Positions 7,624 through 21,973 of a stretch of DNA of 64,000 nucleotides are shown here, in pieces. Source of the DNA: an uncultured SAR86 cluster bacterium (GTDB lineage Bacteria; Pseudomonadota; Gammaproteobacteria; Magnimaribacterales; D2472); assembly GCA_902628925.1 (NCBI GenBank), contig CACOPA010000002.1, positions 6,690 through 70,689 of the forward strand. The letters run 5' to 3'. Numbering within the stretch: the stretch's first letter is position 1; every line of letters starts with the position of its first letter. The position numbers and the translations under genes were made by a program. A model generated the notes under the pieces. That model was not told the DNA's origin and made no database searches. It saw nothing but the letters and a program-made list of their open reading frames with translations.

Positions 7624-10600
7624 ATGTCATATAGCTATACAGAAAAGAGAAGGATTAGGAAAAACTTTGGCAGATTACCTAAGGTAATGAGATTGCCTAA
7701 GCTTATAGAGACTCAGTTAAATTCTTATGCTGAGTTTTTACAAAGCGATGTGCCTGCAGACAAAAGAAATAAACAAGGTCTGGAGGAAGTTTTCCAAACT
7801 CTTTTTCCTATCACTAGCGTATCTGGCAACGCTGCACTTGAATATGTATCCTATGAATTAGGCAATCCTGCATATACTGTTCAGGAATGTTTGATCCAAG
7901 GATTAAGTTACTCTGCTCCTCTAAGAATCAAAGTTAGGCTTGTGATCTATGATCGCGAGACTAATTTTGAAAAAGTTAAAGATGTAAAAGAGGGTGAAGT
8001 TTTTATGGGTGAAGTCCCATTAATGACAAATGATGGTTCTTTCATTGTTAACGGCACAGAGAGAGTAGTAGTTAACCAATTACATAGATCACCTGGCGTT
8101 TTTTATGACCATGATAGAGGCAAGACACACTCATCAGGAAAGGTGCTTTACTCAGCACGAATTATTCCTTACAGAGGTTCTTGGCTAGATTTTGAGTTTG
8201 ATGCTAAAGATATTTTATTCTGCCGAATAGATAGAAGGCGTAAAATTCCTGCAACAATTATTCTAAGAGCTCTCGAAATGAGTTCAGAAGAGATTTTACA
8301 TAGCTTTTATGATGTTGATGAGTATGAAATAACCAAAGATGAGGTTTCTACCAAATTAATACCTTCTAGGTTAAGAGGGGAAACTTTGTCAGTAGACCTT
8401 AAAGTGAGAACCAAGGTCATCGTTGAAGCCAACAAAAGAATTACCGCACGTCATATAAGAGAATTAGAATCTTCAAAGATAGATGTTTTAAAGCTCTCTA
8501 AAGACTATCTCATTAATAAAGTAACCGCCAAAGATGTTATTGACTCAGAAACTGGTGAGGTCTTATTACCAGCTAATTCAGTTATTGATACATCAATACT
8601 TGAGCTTCTGGAAAAGCATAATATAAGCAAACTTTCTTGCTTGTATATAAATGAACTTGAAAGAGGCCCATACATTTCAAACACATTAAGGAATGACCCT
8701 ACTTCAAATAGGTTGGAGGCGTTGGTAGAAATTTACAGGATGATGCGTCCAGGCGAACCTCCTACAAAAGATTCTGCCGAGCAACTTTTTCAAAATTTAT
8801 TCTTTAACGCTGAAAGATATGATTTATCTGATGTTGGAAGAATGAAGTTTAATCGAAGACTTAGTATCACAGAAGATAAAGAAAATCCTGGCATCCTTGA
8901 TACTGATGACATTTTAAATGTGATGAAAGGCATTGTTAATATTCGTGACGGTCATGACATAGTTGATGATATCGATCATCTAGGAAACAGAAGAGTCAGA
9001 TCTGTAGGTGAGATGACTGCAAACCAATTCAGAGTTGGGCTAATAAGAGTTGAGAGAGCGGTTAGAGAAAGGCTTAGTATGGCTGAAGCCGATGAGCTAG
9101 GACCTCAAGATCTCATCAATGCAAAACCGGTGACTGCGGCAATTAAAGAATTTTTTGGTTCAAGTCAGTTGTCTCAGTTTATGGATCAAAATAATCCCCT
9201 TTCTGAGATTACTCATAAAAGAAGAGTATCTGCCCTTGGGCCTGGTGGATTAACTAGGGAGAGAGCTGGATTTGAGGTTAGGGATGTTCACCCTACTCAT
9301 TATGGGAGACTATGTCCTATTGAGACTCCTGAAGGACCTAACATTGGCCTAATTAATTCGTTTGCATGTTATGCACGAACAAATGATTATGGGTTTATTG
9401 AAACCCCGTTCCGTAAAGTAGTAAAAGGTAAAGTCACTGATGAAATAATTTATCTCTCAGCGATTGATGAGGCTGAGCATGTTATAGCTCAAGCAAATGC
9501 TGCTTTGGACAAATCAAATAAATTTATGGATGACCTGATTCCTGTGAGATACAACGGAGAATCAAGTCTTATGTCATCTGAAAGAATTGACTTAATGGAT
9601 GTGGCACCTCAACAAGTTGTATCTGTTGCTGCATCATTAATTCCATTCTTAGAGCATGATGACGCAAACAGAGCTCTTATGGGTTCGAATATGCAACGAC
9701 AAGCAGTACCGGTGCTAAAGCCAGAAAAACCTCTTGTGGGTACAGGTTTTGAAACCGTAGTTGCAGGTGACTCAGGTGTATGTGTTGTTGCAAATAACAA
9801 TGGCGTGGTTGAAAGTGTCGATGCTGGACGTATTGTTGTTAGGGTAACTGATGCTAAATCAAATGATTCTGTTGATATTTATAATCTAATTAAATATACC
9901 CGATCAAATCAAAACACATGCATCAATCAGCGTCCGTTAGTCTCTGTAGGGGATAAGGTAGTTGCTGGAGATATTCTTGCAGATGGACCTTCTGTTGATA
10001 ATGGTGAATTGGCGCTAGGTCAAAATATAAGAATTGCTTTCATGCCATGGAATGGCTACAACTTTGAGGATTCAATATTATTATCGGAAAAGGTTGCAAG
10101 AGAAGACAGATTTACATCAATTCATATTCAAGAATTGACCTGCATAGCAAGGGATACCAAATTAGGTTCTGAGGAAATAACTGCTGATATTCCAAATGTT
10201 GGTGAGGGTTCTCTAGGAAAGTTAGATGATTGTGGAATTGTATACGTAGGTGCCGAAGTAAAAGCCGGTGATATTTTGGTAGGCAAAATTACTCCCAAAG
10301 GCGAGACACAGCTTTCGCCCGAAGAAAAACTACTACGTGCTATATTTGGTGAGAAGGCTTCAGATGTAAAAGATTCTTCATTACGAGTTCCTTCAAGTAC
10401 AAATGGAACAGTTATAGGAGTAGAAGTCTTTACTCGAGATGGTGTTGAAAAGGATGAGAGAACAAAGTCCATTGAAGCTGACCATCTCGCTGACGCACAA
10501 AAAGATTCTGATGACGAAATCAGAATTGTTAATCAGGCAACAAAAATTAGATTAGTTGACTTAATTAAAGGCAACAAAGTTATTAAGGGAACTGGTTTAA

Positions 10601-11691
10601 AGAAAGGCTCAAAGCCAGAAGCCTCTGATCTTTACGAGTTAGAGCTTGATTCATTATTATCAGTAAGAACAGATAATGAAAATGCGAACACAAAAATCGA
10701 AGATGCTGAAAAGCAGCTAAAAAAACATCTTAAAGAGATTAAAGAAAAGTTCGAAGAGAGAAAGCAAAAAATTACTCGCGGGCACGATCTAGCACCAGGC
10801 GTTATTAAGATTGTTAAAGTCTACATGGCAATTAAAAGACGCATTCAGCCAGGAGATAAGATGGCTGGTCGTCATGGTAATAAAGGGGTCATTTCCGAGA
10901 TTATGCCAATCGAAGACATGCCATATGATGAGCAGGGCAATTCTGTTGACGTAGTTTTAAATCCTCTAGGTGTACCCTCTAGGATGAATGTTGGTCAGGT
11001 TCTTGAAACACATTTAGGTGCTGCAGCAAAAGGCATTGGAGAAAAAATTAATTTAATGATGAAAGAAAATGCTAAAGCTGACGAGCTTAAAAAATATTTA
11101 GACAAACTTTACAACAGTGATGCAGCCATTAAGGAAAACTTAAACTCATTATCAAACACTGAAATTATGACGCTTGCTGGAAATCTTAGAGATGGAATGC
11201 CAGTTGCTACACCAGTATTTGATGGTGCAAAAGAATCACAAATTAAATCGCTTCTCACCGAAGCTGGTTTGGATGAGTCTGGTCAGATCACTCTTTATGA
11301 CGGAAGAACAGGCAGGAAGTTTGAAAGACCGGTAACTGTAGGTTATATGTATATGATTAAACTGAATCACCTCGTTGATGACAAAATGCATGCCAGATCT
11401 ACTGGTTCATATAGTCTTGTTACTCAGCAACCTCTTGGCGGTAAAGCTCAGTTTGGTGGCCAAAGATTTGGTGAGATGGAGGTATGGGCGCTCGAAGCTT
11501 ATGGAGCTGCTTACACACTTCAGGAAATGCTTACAGTTAAATCGGATGATGTTGCTGGTAGAACCAAAATGTATAAAAACATTGTAGACGGAAATTATGC
11601 TATGGATGCAAATGTACCTGAGTCATTTAATGTTCTTAGTAAAGAGATAAAGTCCTTAGGAATAAACATTGAACTTGATTCAGAAAATTAG
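7624..11691 (+). CDS. rpoB: DNA-directed RNA polymerase subunit beta
   Basis: 1355 aa. [17 protein letters not shown]-terminus, [18 protein letters not shown] and GRHGNKGV motifs. Confidence 0.99.
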   Translation: MSYSYTEKRRIRKNFGRLPKVMRLPKLIETQLNSYAEFLQSDVPADKRNKQGLEEVFQTLFPITSVSGNAALEYVSYELGNPAYTVQECLIQGLSYSAPLRIKVRLVIYDRETNFEKVKDVKEGEVFMGEVPLMTNDGSFIVNGTERVVVNQLHRSPGVFYDHDRGKTHSSGKVLYSARIIPYRGSWLDFEFDAKDILFCRIDRRRKIPATIILRALEMSSEEILHSFYDVDEYEITKDEVSTKLIPSRLRGETLSVDLKVRTKVIVEANKRITARHIRELESSKIDVLKLSKDYLINKVTAKDVIDSETGEVLLPANSVIDTSILELLEKHNISKLSCLYINELERGPYISNTLRNDPTSNRLEALVEIYRMMRPGEPPTKDSAEQLFQNLFFNAERYDLSDVGRMKFNRRLSITEDKENPGILDTDDILNVMKGIVNIRDGHDIVDDIDHLGNRRVRSVGEMTANQFRVGLIRVERAVRERLSMAEADELGPQDLINAKPVTAAIKEFFGSSQLSQFMDQNNPLSEITHKRRVSALGPGGLTRERAGFEVRDVHPTHYGRLCPIETPEGPNIGLINSFACYARTNDYGFIETPFRKVVKGKVTDEIIYLSAIDEAEHVIAQANAALDKSNKFMDDLIPVRYNGESSLMSSERIDLMDVAPQQVVSVAASLIPFLEHDDANRALMGSNMQRQAVPVLKPEKPLVGTGFETVVAGDSGVCVVANNNGVVESVDAGRIVVRVTDAKSNDSVDIYNLIKYTRSNQNTCINQRPLVSVGDKVVAGDILADGPSVDNGELALGQNIRIAFMPWNGYNFEDSILLSEKVAREDRFTSIHIQELTCIARDTKLGSEEITADIPNVGEGSLGKLDDCGIVYVGAEVKAGDILVGKITPKGETQLSPEEKLLRAIFGEKASDVKDSSLRVPSSTNGTVIGVEVFTRDGVEKDERTKSIEADHLADAQKDSDDEIRIVNQATKIRLVDLIKGNKVIKGTGLKKGSKPEASDLYELELDSLLSVRTDNENANTKIEDAEKQLKKHLKEIKEKFEERKQKITRGHDLAPGVIKIVKVYMAIKRRIQPGDKMAGRHGNKGVISEIMPIEDMPYDEQGNSVDVVLNPLGVPSRMNVGQVLETHLGAAAKGIGEKINLMMKENAKADELKKYLDKLYNSDAAIKENLNSLSNTEIMTLAGNLRDGMPVATPVFDGAKESQIKSLLTEAGLDESGQITLYDGRTGRKFERPVTVGYMYMIKLNHLVDDKMHARSTGSYSLVTQQPLGGKAQFGGQRFGEMEVWALEAYGAAYTLQEMLTVKSDDVAGRTKMYKNIVDGNYAMDANVPESFNVLSKEIKSLGINIELDSEN

Positions 11692-11700
11692 GAGAAAATT

Positions 11701-14700
11701 TTGAGAGATTTATTAAACTTATTAAAGTCTAACCAAGAAGATTTTTCTTCTATCAGTGCAGGCCTAGCTTCACCTCAAATGGTGAGGTCATGGTCATTTG
11801 GTGAAGTCAAAAAACCAGAAACTATTAACTATAGAACGTTTAAGCCTGAACGTGATGGTTTATTTTGTGCAAAGATTTTTGGTCCAGTTAAAGACTACGA
11901 GTGCGTTTGCGGAAAATATAAGAGAATGAAGCACAGAGGTGTAGTTTGCGAAAAATGTGGTGTTGAAGTGACGCTGGCAAAAGTAAGACGGGATAGAATG
12001 GGACATATCGAATTAGCTGCTCCTGTTGCTCATATCTGGTTCCTTAAGTCACTACCGTCAAGAATAGGCTTACTATTAGATTTAACGTTAAGAGAGATTG
12101 AAAGAGTTCTTTATTTTGAAAGCTACATCATCACTGATCCAGGTCTTACAGAACTAGAAAAATGTCAAATATTAACAGAAGAAGAATATATTGAAGCATT
12201 TGATGAATACGGTGATGAGTTCACAGCTGGCATGGGAGCTGAGGCCGTTCAACAACTGCTTCAAGAAATAGATTTAGATGAAGAAATTAAGATAATAAGA
12301 GAAGAAGTACCTCAAACAAACTCTGAAACTAAGCTAAAAAAGCTTTCTAAGCGTTTAAAGCTGCTTGAGGCCTTTAAAGATTCTGGTAATAAGCCTGAAT
12401 GGATGATCATGAATGCATTGCCAGTTCTTCCACCTGATTTAAGACCACTTGTTCCTCTAGAAGGCGGGAGATTTGCGACTTCTGATCTAAATGATTTATA
12501 CCGCAGAGTAATTAACAGAAATAATAGGTTAAGAAGACTCCTTGAGCTTGGTGCTCCTGACATTATTGTTAGGAATGAGAAAAGAATGCTTCAAGAGAGT
12601 GTAGATGCGCTTCTAGATAATGGGAGAAGAGGCAGAGTCATTACCGGTACCAACAAAAGACCACTCAAATCATTGGCTGATATGATCAAAGGTAAGGGTG
12701 GAAGATTTAGACAAAACCTCCTAGGTAAGCGAGTTGACTATTCTGGCAGGTCTGTAATCGTTGCTGGTCCTAATTTGAAACTTCATCAATGCGGCTTACC
12801 AAAGAAAATGGCCCTTGAACTATTTAAGCCATATGTCTACGGCAAACTTGAACAGAGAGAGCTAGCTACAACTATTAAAGCTGCTAAAAAGCTAGTTGAA
12901 AGAGAAACTCCAGAAGTTTGGGAGATACTCGAAGAAGTCATTAGAGAACATCCTGTTCTTCTTAACAGGGCTCCAACTCTCCATAGACTAGGCATACAAG
13001 CTTTTGAACCATTGTTGGTTGAGGGAAAAGCTATACAACTTCATCCATTAGTATGTGTTGCTTTTAATGCTGATTTTGATGGTGACCAAATGGCAGTTCA
13101 CGTTCCGTTAACAATTGAAGCTCAACTTGAGGCTAGGGCTTTAATGATGTCAACAAATAATATTTTATCTCCTGCAAACGGAGAGCCAATTATTAATCCA
13201 TCTCAAGATGTTGTATTGGGTCTTTACTATATGACTAGAGAAAAAATTGGTGCTACAGGATCTGGAAGGGTATTTAGTAATCCAGATGAAGTTCTTAGAG
13301 CTTATGAATCTGAAACCATAGATCTGCATGCAAACATAAAAGTAAGAATTACAAATGCTGACAAAGGAAAGTTTCTCGAAGAGACAACAGTTGGAAGAGT
13401 TTTGATCTGGAGGATTACACCTATAGAAGTTGGCTTTGATAATGTAAATAAGACATTAGATAAAAAACTCATTTCAAAATTAATTGATATCTCTTACAGA
13501 AAGTCGGGATTGAAATCGACAGTAATTTTTGCTGATCAGTTAATGTATCTCGGGTTTGATTATTCAACCCGATCTGGTTCATCTATTGGTGTAGATGATT
13601 TTGTTATTCCAGAAGAAAAGCCTTCAATTATTGACTCTGCTGAGAAAGAGGTAAAAGAAATTGAGAGTCAGTTCTCTTCAGGTCTTGTGACACAAGGTGA
13701 GCGTTACAATAAAGTTATTGATATTTGGTCGCGTGCAAATGAAAAGGTTGCTAAGGCAATGATGGCTAAGATTAGTACTGACTTTGCTGTGGATGAGGAT
13801 GGAAAAGAAGCCGAGCAGCCATCATTTAACTCTGTATTTATTTATGCTGATTCTGGAGCTAGAGGCTCACCTGCACAGATTAGGCAGCTATCAGGTATGA
13901 GGGGTCTTATGTCAAAGCCTGATGGATCAATTATAGAAACTCCAATTACTGCAAACTTTAGGGAGGGCTTATCAGTTCTTCAATACTTCATTTCAACTCA
14001 TGGAGCTCGTAAAGGCCTAGCTGATACCGCATTGAAAACTGCAAACTCTGGATACCTCACTAGAAGGCTTTGTGATGTTGCGATGGACTCTGTTGTAATC
14101 GAAGAAGATTGCGGAACTGATCAATCAATTGTAATTTCATCAATAATAGATGGAGGTGAAATTATTCAGCCTCTTACTGAAAGGATTCTCGGTAGGGTCA
14201 TAGCTGAAAAACTTACCGACAAAGATCGAAAAGAAATTTTTCCAGCTGGTCACATGATCGATGAAGATTCTATTCCGGTTATTGATGATCTCAATTTAAG
14301 CTCTTTAAAAGTTAGATCTCCAATGACCTGCGAATCAAAATACGGAGTCTGCTCTAAATGTTATGGGCGTGATCTTGCAAGAGGTCATCTAGTTCATAGA
14401 GGAGAAGCAGTTGGAGTTGTTGCTGCCCAATCGATTGGTGAGCCAGGAACTCAATTGACAATGAGAACATTCCATATCGGTGGTGCTGCATCAAGCTCTT
14501 CAGAAGATAATGCTGTTGTTATAGAAAATAACGGCGTAATTAATTTTTCTGATGACATTAAAACAGTTATAAATAAAGATAAAAATGAAGTTGTCATCTC
14601 TAGAAATACTCTAGTTACACTAAACGATGATCAGGGAAAGCTTGTTGAAAAACATAAAATCCCCTATGGAGCTACCTTATTTGTAAAAGATGGTGCAACT

Positions 14701-15882
14701 ATTGAGCCTGGAACAAAAGTTGCTGGATGGGATCCATATACCCGCCCAATTATTTCTGAAGTTAAAGGAAAGATTAAATTCACAGACATAGTTGATGGAG
14801 TAACTGTAAGGGCTAAAACAGATGAACTTACTGGAATGAGCAGCGTTGAGGTAATTGAAACTTCTGAAAGACCCTCTGCAGGAAAAGAACTTGCCCCTTC
14901 AATATCTGTAGTTGATGGTCGAGGTAAAGTTTTAAGTATTGGTGATCATAAGGCTCCTGCAAATTACACAATGCCTGCTAAGGCACTAATTAATCTCAAG
15001 GATGGGGGCTCTATTTCTGCTGGTGAGGTATTAGCCAGAATTCCCTTGGAGGGCTCGAAGACAAAAGATATTACCGGTGGCTTACCAAGAGTTGCTGATC
15101 TATTTGAGGCCAGAAAACCTAAAGATGCTGCGGTTCTAGCAGAAGAATCAGGTCTTGTTTCTTTTGGTAAGGAGACAAAAGGTAAAGTAAGACTAGTGAT
15201 TACCCCAGATGGTGCAACTAAAAAAACTCAGAACGTAGAAATGCTTATACCAAAACATAGGATTCTTACTGTCTTTGAGGGAGAGCAGGTTGAGAAGGGA
15301 GATATTATTTCTGATGGACCTTTAAGTCCGCATGACATACTTAGATTACGAGGAATTCCTGAGCTCACTAATTTCATAGTCAATGAGATTCAAGATGTTT
15401 ATAGGCTCCAAGGGGTTTCTATAAATGACAAACACATTGAGACTATTTTGAGGCAAATGCTAAGAAAGGCTTTAATACTTGATGGCGGAGAAACAAGATT
15501 TATCCAAGGAGATCAAGTTGAATACTCTGACTTAGTTGAAGAAAATGAAAAGGCTATAGATGCTGGTAGGCAAGAGGCATCTTTTGAGAGGGTTCTTCTA
15601 GGAATTACAAAAGCCTCTTTAACAACTAATTCATTCATCTCAGCTGCATCTTTCCAAGAAACAACACGTGTTCTTACGGAAGCTTCGGTGACTGGGAAGA
15701 AAGATGTATTAAGAGGATTAAAAGAGAATGTTGTTGTTGGTAGGTTAATTCCTGCAGGTACTGGTATGGAATACCACGATAAGATGCAAAACAAAAAAAC
15801 CTCAACAGAAGAAGAGTCGATGCTTACTGCTGATGAAATCGAAGCAGCATTAAGACAAGAACTTCAAGAAACTGAGGAATAA
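11701..15882 (+). CDS. rpoC: DNA-directed RNA polymerase subunit beta'
   Basis: 1393 aa. TTG start 6 nt after AGGAG. Zn-finger [20 protein letters not shown] and catalytic NADFDGD. Confidence 0.99.
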   Translation: MRDLLNLLKSNQEDFSSISAGLASPQMVRSWSFGEVKKPETINYRTFKPERDGLFCAKIFGPVKDYECVCGKYKRMKHRGVVCEKCGVEVTLAKVRRDRMGHIELAAPVAHIWFLKSLPSRIGLLLDLTLREIERVLYFESYIITDPGLTELEKCQILTEEEYIEAFDEYGDEFTAGMGAEAVQQLLQEIDLDEEIKIIREEVPQTNSETKLKKLSKRLKLLEAFKDSGNKPEWMIMNALPVLPPDLRPLVPLEGGRFATSDLNDLYRRVINRNNRLRRLLELGAPDIIVRNEKRMLQESVDALLDNGRRGRVITGTNKRPLKSLADMIKGKGGRFRQNLLGKRVDYSGRSVIVAGPNLKLHQCGLPKKMALELFKPYVYGKLEQRELATTIKAAKKLVERETPEVWEILEEVIREHPVLLNRAPTLHRLGIQAFEPLLVEGKAIQLHPLVCVAFNADFDGDQMAVHVPLTIEAQLEARALMMSTNNILSPANGEPIINPSQDVVLGLYYMTREKIGATGSGRVFSNPDEVLRAYESETIDLHANIKVRITNADKGKFLEETTVGRVLIWRITPIEVGFDNVNKTLDKKLISKLIDISYRKSGLKSTVIFADQLMYLGFDYSTRSGSSIGVDDFVIPEEKPSIIDSAEKEVKEIESQFSSGLVTQGERYNKVIDIWSRANEKVAKAMMAKISTDFAVDEDGKEAEQPSFNSVFIYADSGARGSPAQIRQLSGMRGLMSKPDGSIIETPITANFREGLSVLQYFISTHGARKGLADTALKTANSGYLTRRLCDVAMDSVVIEEDCGTDQSIVISSIIDGGEIIQPLTERILGRVIAEKLTDKDRKEIFPAGHMIDEDSIPVIDDLNLSSLKVRSPMTCESKYGVCSKCYGRDLARGHLVHRGEAVGVVAAQSIGEPGTQLTMRTFHIGGAASSSSEDNAVVIENNGVINFSDDIKTVINKDKNEVVISRNTLVTLNDDQGKLVEKHKIPYGATLFVKDGATIEPGTKVAGWDPYTRPIISEVKGKIKFTDIVDGVTVRAKTDELTGMSSVEVIETSERPSAGKELAPSISVVDGRGKVLSIGDHKAPANYTMPAKALINLKDGGSISAGEVLARIPLEGSKTKDITGGLPRVADLFEARKPKDAAVLAEESGLVSFGKETKGKVRLVITPDGATKKTQNVEMLIPKHRILTVFEGEQVEKGDIISDGPLSPHDILRLRGIPELTNFIVNEIQDVYRLQGVSINDKHIETILRQMLRKALILDGGETRFIQGDQVEYSDLVEENEKAIDAGRQEASFERVLLGITKASLTTNSFISAASFQETTRVLTEASVTGKKDVLRGLKENVVVGRLIPAGTGMEYHDKMQNKKTSTEEESMLTADEIEAALRQELQETEE

Positions 15883-15884
15883 TA

Positions 15885-15913
15885 TTGACCATGTACTCAC
15901 TCATATATACAAT
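15885..15913 (+). promoter_or_regulatory. promoter candidate for rpsL-rpsG-fusA
   Basis: TTGACC (15885-15890), 17 nt, TACAAT (15908-15913). Begins 2 nt after the rpoC stop. Confidence 0.55.
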
Positions 15914-15931
15914 CGCGCACAGTAAATAAAT

Positions 15932-16776
<845 letters not shown>

Positions 16777-16790
16777 AACGAGACCAAGAT

Positions 16791-18884
16791 ATGGCTAGAA
16801 CTACTGAGTTAAATAAGTATAGAAATATTGGTATATGTGCTCACGTGGACGCAGGTAAAACAACAACTACTGAGAGGGTACTATTTTATACAGGTCTTTC
16901 TCATAAGATCGGTGAGGTTCATGACGGTGCGGCTACCATGGACTGGATGGAGCAAGAACAAGAAAGAGGTATTACCATTACCTCTGCCGCAACAACTTGC
17001 TTTTGGTCGGGGATGGAGCAGCAATATCCAGAACATAGGGTTAACATCATTGATACACCTGGACACGTTGACTTTACTATTGAAGTTGAGAGATCTTTAA
17101 GGGTTCTTGATGGAGCGGTCGTAGTATTTTGTGGAACATCAGGAGTCGAGCCCCAATCCGAAACAGTTTGGAGGCAAGCTAATCGATATAAAGTTCCAAG
17201 AATTGTATTTGTAAACAAAATGGACAGAGCTGGTGCAGACTTTGAAAGAGTTGTTGATCAAATTCGAGACAGACTTAAAGCTACCGTAGTTCCACTTCAA
17301 TTAAATATCGGCAGTGAAGAAGAATTTAAAGGTGTTGTTGACTTAATAAATATGAGGGCCATCTATTGGAACGAATCTGATCAGGGACTTACATTTGATT
17401 CAAAGGAAATACCGGAAGAATTAGTTGCTAGGTGCAACGAACTGCGAGAAGAAATGGTAGAAAATGCTGCAGAAGCAAATGAAGAGCTTATGGATGCTTA
17501 TTTAGAGTCTGGTGAATTGACCATTGAGCAGATTAAAGAAGGCCTTAGAATTAGAACAATAGGTAACGAGATTGTGCCTGCTCTTTGCGGAAGCGCTTTT
17601 AAGAATAAAGGCGTACAAGCTGTATTAGATGCAGTAATTGACTTTCTACCTGCTCCAGATGAAGTTGAAGCAATTAAAGGTACTCTTCCCGGTGAAGAGG
17701 AGATTGAAGCTTCTAGACAATCATCAGATGAAGAGCCGTTTTCAGCTCTTGCATTTAAAATTGCAACCGATCCATTTGTCGGAACATTAACTTTTATTAG
17801 AGTTTATTCAGGTGTTGTGTCTGTTGGAGATTCTGTAATTAACTCAACAAAAGGCAAAAAAGAACGTATCGGAAGAATGGTACAGATGCATTCAAATAAT
17901 AGAAATGAGTTAAAAGAGATCAGAGCTGGTGATATTGCAGCATGTATTGGTCTAAAAGATATTACAACAGGCGATACGCTATGCGACGGGTCAAATGAGA
18001 TTGTATTAGAGAGAATGGACTTCCCTGAACCAGTTATTTCCGTAGCCGTTGAACCAAAATCTAAAGCTGACCAAGAAAAAATGTCTATTGCTCTTGGAAA
18101 GCTAGCCCAAGAGGATCCATCATTTAGAGTTAACACAGACGAGGAATCTGGGCAAACAATTATTTCCGGAATGGGTGAGCTTCATCTTGATGTATTGGTA
18201 GATAGAATGAAAAGAGAGTTTTCAGTTGAAGCAAACATTGGTAAGCCTCAAGTAGCCTATAGAGAAACAATTAGAGAAGCCGTAGAGATTGAAGGTAAAT
18301 TTGTTAGACAAAGTGGAGGTCGAGGACAGTATGGCCATGTTTGGTTAAAATTAGAGCCTCTCGGGCTCGATGATGAGTACGAATTTGTTGATGAGATTGT
18401 TGGGGGTGTTATACCTAAAGAATATATACCATCGGTTAACAAAGGCATTCAGGAGCAAATGCAGAATGGTGTTGTTGCCGGATATCCATTGCTTGCTTTA
18501 AAAGCAACCTTATATGATGGTTCTTTTCATGATGTAGATTCAAGTGAGATGGCTTTCAAGATTGCTGGATCAATGGCTTTAAAAGAAGGAGCTTTAAAGG
18601 CAAAGCCTGTTCTGTTAGAGCCTGTGATGAAGGTTGAGGTTGTTACCCCTGAAGAACATATGGGTGATGTGGTTGGTGACTTGAACAGAAGACGTGGAAT
18701 TATTCAGGGTATGGACGAGATTCCTGCAGGAAAAGTTGTCAGGTCAGAAGTACCACTTTCAGAGATGTTTGGTTATGCAACGGATGTTCGCTCACAAACT
18801 CAAGGAAGAGCTAGTTTTTCAATGGAATTTCTAAAGTATGCTGAGGTTCCAAACAACATTGCAGAACAACTAAAAACTGCATAA
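16791..18884 (+). CDS. fusA: elongation factor G
   Basis: [23 protein letters not shown] and NKMDR motifs. 697 aa. Confidence 0.99.
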   Translation: MARTTELNKYRNIGICAHVDAGKTTTTERVLFYTGLSHKIGEVHDGAATMDWMEQEQERGITITSAATTCFWSGMEQQYPEHRVNIIDTPGHVDFTIEVERSLRVLDGAVVVFCGTSGVEPQSETVWRQANRYKVPRIVFVNKMDRAGADFERVVDQIRDRLKATVVPLQLNIGSEEEFKGVVDLINMRAIYWNESDQGLTFDSKEIPEELVARCNELREEMVENAAEANEELMDAYLESGELTIEQIKEGLRIRTIGNEIVPALCGSAFKNKGVQAVLDAVIDFLPAPDEVEAIKGTLPGEEEIEASRQSSDEEPFSALAFKIATDPFVGTLTFIRVYSGVVSVGDSVINSTKGKKERIGRMVQMHSNNRNELKEIRAGDIAACIGLKDITTGDTLCDGSNEIVLERMDFPEPVISVAVEPKSKADQEKMSIALGKLAQEDPSFRVNTDEESGQTIISGMGELHLDVLVDRMKREFSVEANIGKPQVAYRETIREAVEIEGKFVRQSGGRGQYGHVWLKLEPLGLDDEYEFVDEIVGGVIPKEYIPSVNKGIQEQMQNGVVAGYPLLALKATLYDGSFHDVDSSEMAFKIAGSMALKEGALKAKPVLLEPVMKVEVVTPEEHMGDVVGDLNRRRGIIQGMDEIPAGKVVRSEVPLSEMFGYATDVRSQTQGRASFSMEFLKYAEVPNNIAEQLKTA

Positions 18885-18902
18885 ATAAACAACAATTTAA
18901 AG

Positions 18903-18932
18903 TTGACATATAGCCCTTAGGAGGCCTAGAAT
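18903..18932 (+). promoter_or_regulatory. promoter candidate for the S10 operon
   Basis: Consensus TTGACA (18903-18908), 18 nt, TAGAAT (18927-18932). Leaves only a ~26-32-nt leader before rpsJ. Confidence 0.6.
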
Positions 18933-18964
18933 ACGCAACCTCTGCGATATTAGAAAGAGATTGT

Positions 18965-19276
18965 ATGGAAGATCAGAATATAAGAATACGCTTAAAAGCT
19001 TTTGATTATAGGCTGATTGATGCATCTGCAAAACTTATTTCAGAAACAGCAAAGAAGACTGGAGCTGTAGTCAAAGGACCAATTCCTTTGCCAGTTAAAA
19101 AAGAGAGAACTACAGTACTGATTTCACCGCACAAAGATAAAGATGCAAGGGATCAGTATGAGATTAGAACATATAAAAGGTTGATGGATATTGTTCAACC
19201 TACTGATAAAACGGTTGATGCTTTAATGAAGCTTGACCTTTCATCAGGAGTAGATGTTCAAATTAGCCTAGGCTAA
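18965..19276 (+). CDS. rpsJ: 30S ribosomal protein S10
   Basis: [14 protein letters not shown] signature. Confidence 0.98.
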   Translation: MEDQNIRIRLKAFDYRLIDASAKLISETAKKTGAVVKGPIPLPVKKERTTVLISPHKDKDARDQYEIRTYKRLMDIVQPTDKTVDALMKLDLSSGVDVQISLG

Positions 19277-19337
19277 TTTGAAATTTTTAACGCAATAGCG
19301 GCCATAGAGGGTAAAGCCCCGTAGAAAGGAGATTAAA

Positions 19338-19970
19338 TTGAGCATAGGCTTAATTGGAAAAAAAGCTGGAATGTCACGTCTTTTTCAAGAAGACGGCACT
19401 TCAATTCCTGTAACTGTTGTTTCTGTTGCGGGAAATTTCGTTACTGATATTAAAACATCTGATAGAGATGGCTACAGTTCTGTAGTGATTTCTAAGCAAT
19501 TTTTTAAGAAAAAGAAACTCAAAAAATCGCAAGCTGAATATTTCAAAAAACATAATGTTAACCCAGGAAAGCTACATGAGTTCCGTACATCTGATGTTGA
19601 TGATCTTAAAGTAGGTTTACATGTTGATGCTTCTGTATTTGAAGCTGGCCAAAAAGTTGATGTTACTGGTACATCTAAGGGTAAAGGTTATGCAGGTGTT
19701 ATAAAACGGCATAACTTTAGAATGCAAGATGCCACACATGGTAATTCATTATCACATAGAGCCCATGGATCCACTGGTCAATGTCAAACACCTGGGAGGG
19801 TTTGGAAGGGTAAGAAAATGTCAGGACAAATGGGTAATGTACAAAAAACTGTTCAGAACTTAGAAGTTGTTCAAACTGATATTGAAAATAACTTAATCTA
19901 TATCAAGGGAGCTGTTCCTGGTCCAACTGGGTCGACATTAAAGCTTTCTCATTCGGTTAAAACATCATGA
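19338..19970 (+). CDS. rplC: 50S ribosomal protein L3
   Basis: TTG start 7 nt after AGGAG. IGLIGKKAGMSRLF N-terminus and FEAGQKVDVTGTSKGKG. Confidence 0.97.
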   Translation: MSIGLIGKKAGMSRLFQEDGTSIPVTVVSVAGNFVTDIKTSDRDGYSSVVISKQFFKKKKLKKSQAEYFKKHNVNPGKLHEFRTSDVDDLKVGLHVDASVFEAGQKVDVTGTSKGKGYAGVIKRHNFRMQDATHGNSLSHRAHGSTGQCQTPGRVWKGKKMSGQMGNVQKTVQNLEVVQTDIENNLIYIKGAVPGPTGSTLKLSHSVKTS

Positions 19971-20578
19971 AGCTTAATTTAGTTAATAGCGAATCAAAAA
20001 CTGATATTAGTCTTCCGGAGTCAGTTTTTGGAAAGGATTTTAATGAAGATTTGGTTCACCAGGCAGTAGTTACTTTCTTGGCAGGCGCAAGACAGGGATC
20101 TCACAAGCAAAAAACTAGATCTGAAGTTCGTGGCGGTGGTAAGAAACCTTATAGACAAAAAGGAACAGGAAGAGCAAGAGCAGGTACCATTAGAAGTCCA
20201 ATATGGCGTGGAGGCGGTGTTCCTTTTGCTGCAGTACCAAGAGATTACTCTAAGAAGATTAATAAGAAAATGTATAGAGCTGCTATTCGCTCAATACTTT
20301 CAGAGCTTTATAGACAAGAAAGAATAATTGGTTTGGCTAAGCCTACACTAGAGGCTCCTAAAACTAAGGTGATGGCAAAAATTATAAAAGATGCCGGTCT
20401 TGATAGCGTACTGATCATCCTTGATGAAATGGATACAAATATATACCTATCAGCAAGGAATATACCTCATGTAGAGGTAGTAACTGTCAAAGAAATTAAT
20501 CCCGTTGTGCTTCTAAGGTCTGACAAGGTTGCAATCACACCCGAAGCACTTTCATTAATAGAGGCTTGGGTAAAATGA
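19967..20578 (+). CDS. rplD: 50S ribosomal protein L4
   Basis: KPYRQKGTGRARAGTIRSPIWRGGG signature. ATGA overlap with rplC. Confidence 0.98.
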   Translation: MKLNLVNSESKTDISLPESVFGKDFNEDLVHQAVVTFLAGARQGSHKQKTRSEVRGGGKKPYRQKGTGRARAGTIRSPIWRGGGVPFAAVPRDYSKKINKKMYRAAIRSILSELYRQERIIGLAKPTLEAPKTKVMAKIIKDAGLDSVLIILDEMDTNIYLSARNIPHVEVVTVKEINPVVLLRSDKVAITPEALSLIEAWVK

Positions 20579-20871
20579 ATCAAGAAAAAATCCTTACATT
20601 AATTGATTCTCCTTACATTACTGAGAAGGCATCAAAGCTTGCATCTGAGAAAAATCAGGTTGTATTTAAAGTAAATATTAATGCTAATAAATTAGAAATT
20701 AAGAAAGCTGTTGAAAAACTATTTAATGTAGAAGTGAAATCAGTCACCACTTCAATAGTCAAAGGCAAAAATAAAAGAAATAGGTTTGGCACCTATAAAA
20801 AATCTAACTTTAAAAAAGCGTTTGTCTCATTAAAAGAAGGTTCAGAAATTCAGTTTGAGGGTGTTAACTAA
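20575..20871 (+). CDS. rplW: 50S ribosomal protein L23
   Basis: ATG 20575 ([20 protein letters not shown]) matches the L23 N-terminus and overlaps the rplD stop as ATGA. The track start at 20566 is a TTG extension. Confidence 0.95.
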   Translation: MNQEKILTLIDSPYITEKASKLASEKNQVVFKVNINANKLEIKKAVEKLFNVEVKSVTTSIVKGKNKRNRFGTYKKSNFKKAFVSLKEGSEIQFEGVN

Positions 20872-21698
20872 TGGCAATTATTAAAGCAAAACCAACAAGT
20901 GCTGGAAGAAGGTTTGTTGTTTCTGTTAAGTCAGATCTTTATAAGGGTAAGCCTCATAAGCCATTGCTTGATAGAAAATCAAAAAATGGTGGTCGAAATA
21001 ATAATGGCAGGATTACCGTTCGTCATCAGGGCGGTGGACATAAACAACATTATAGAATTATAGATTTTAAGAGAACAAAGGTTGATGTTCCTGCAACAGT
21101 TCTAAGAATTGAATACGATCCTAATCGATCAGCTCATATTGCATTAATTCAATATATTGATGGTGAAAAATCTTACATTATTGCGCCATCTAAATTAAAG
21201 ATCGGAGCTTCAATTTCATCATCTGAAAAAACTGAAATCGCTCCAGGTAATAGCATGCCTTTAAGCAACGTACCTCTTGGTACAAATGTTCATTGTGTTG
21301 AGATGAAGCCAGGAAAAGGAGCTCAAATTGCAAGATCAGCTGGAACCTCTGCAAGAGTTGTAGCAAAAGAAGGTATCTATACAACCTTGAGGCTGCAGTC
21401 AGGTGAAATGAGAAAGATTCTTTCTGAGTGCCGTGCAACAATCGGGGTTGTCTCAAATCAAGAAAACAACTTAAGATCTTTGGGAAAAGCTGGTGCCAAG
21501 AGATGGAGAGGAGTTCGACCAACTGTTAGAGGTGTTGCTATGAACCCAATTGATCACCCTCATGGCGGTGGTGAAGGGAGAACATCCGGGGGTAGACATC
21601 CTTCAACTCCATGGGGTGTTCCTACTAAAGGTTATAAAACTAGAAAAAATACTAGGTCTGATAACTTAATTGTACGAAGAAGAGCTAAGAGGAAATAG
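20871..21698 (+). CDS. rplB: 50S ribosomal protein L2
   Basis: [17 protein letters not shown] signature. Confidence 0.99.
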   Translation: MAIIKAKPTSAGRRFVVSVKSDLYKGKPHKPLLDRKSKNGGRNNNGRITVRHQGGGHKQHYRIIDFKRTKVDVPATVLRIEYDPNRSAHIALIQYIDGEKSYIIAPSKLKIGASISSSEKTEIAPGNSMPLSNVPLGTNVHCVEMKPGKGAQIARSAGTSARVVAKEGIYTTLRLQSGEMRKILSECRATIGVVSNQENNLRSLGKAGAKRWRGVRPTVRGVAMNPIDHPHGGGEGRTSGGRHPSTPWGVPTKGYKTRKNTRSDNLIVRRRAKRK

Positions 21699-21700
21699 TC

Positions 21701-21973
21701 ATGCCACGATCGCTAAAAAAAGGACCATTTATTGATATCTCGCTTCAAAAGAAAGTGGATCAAGCAATTGCTGAAAACAGCAAGAAACCAATTAAAACTT
21801 GGTCAAGACGGTCAATGATTTCTCCGTCAATGGTTGGATTAACAATTTCTGTTCATAACGGAAGACAGCATGTGCCAGTCTTCATAAATGAAGATATGGT
21901 TGGGCATAAACTAGGAGAGTTTGCAATAACACGAACATTTAAACTTCATTCAGGTGATAGGAAAGCTCAATAA
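21701..21973 (+). CDS. rpsS: 30S ribosomal protein S19
   Basis: [12 protein letters not shown] and [11 protein letters not shown]. Confidence 0.99.
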   Translation: MPRSLKKGPFIDISLQKKVDQAIAENSKKPIKTWSRRSMISPSMVGLTISVHNGRQHVPVFINEDMVGHKLGEFAITRTFKLHSGDRKAQ

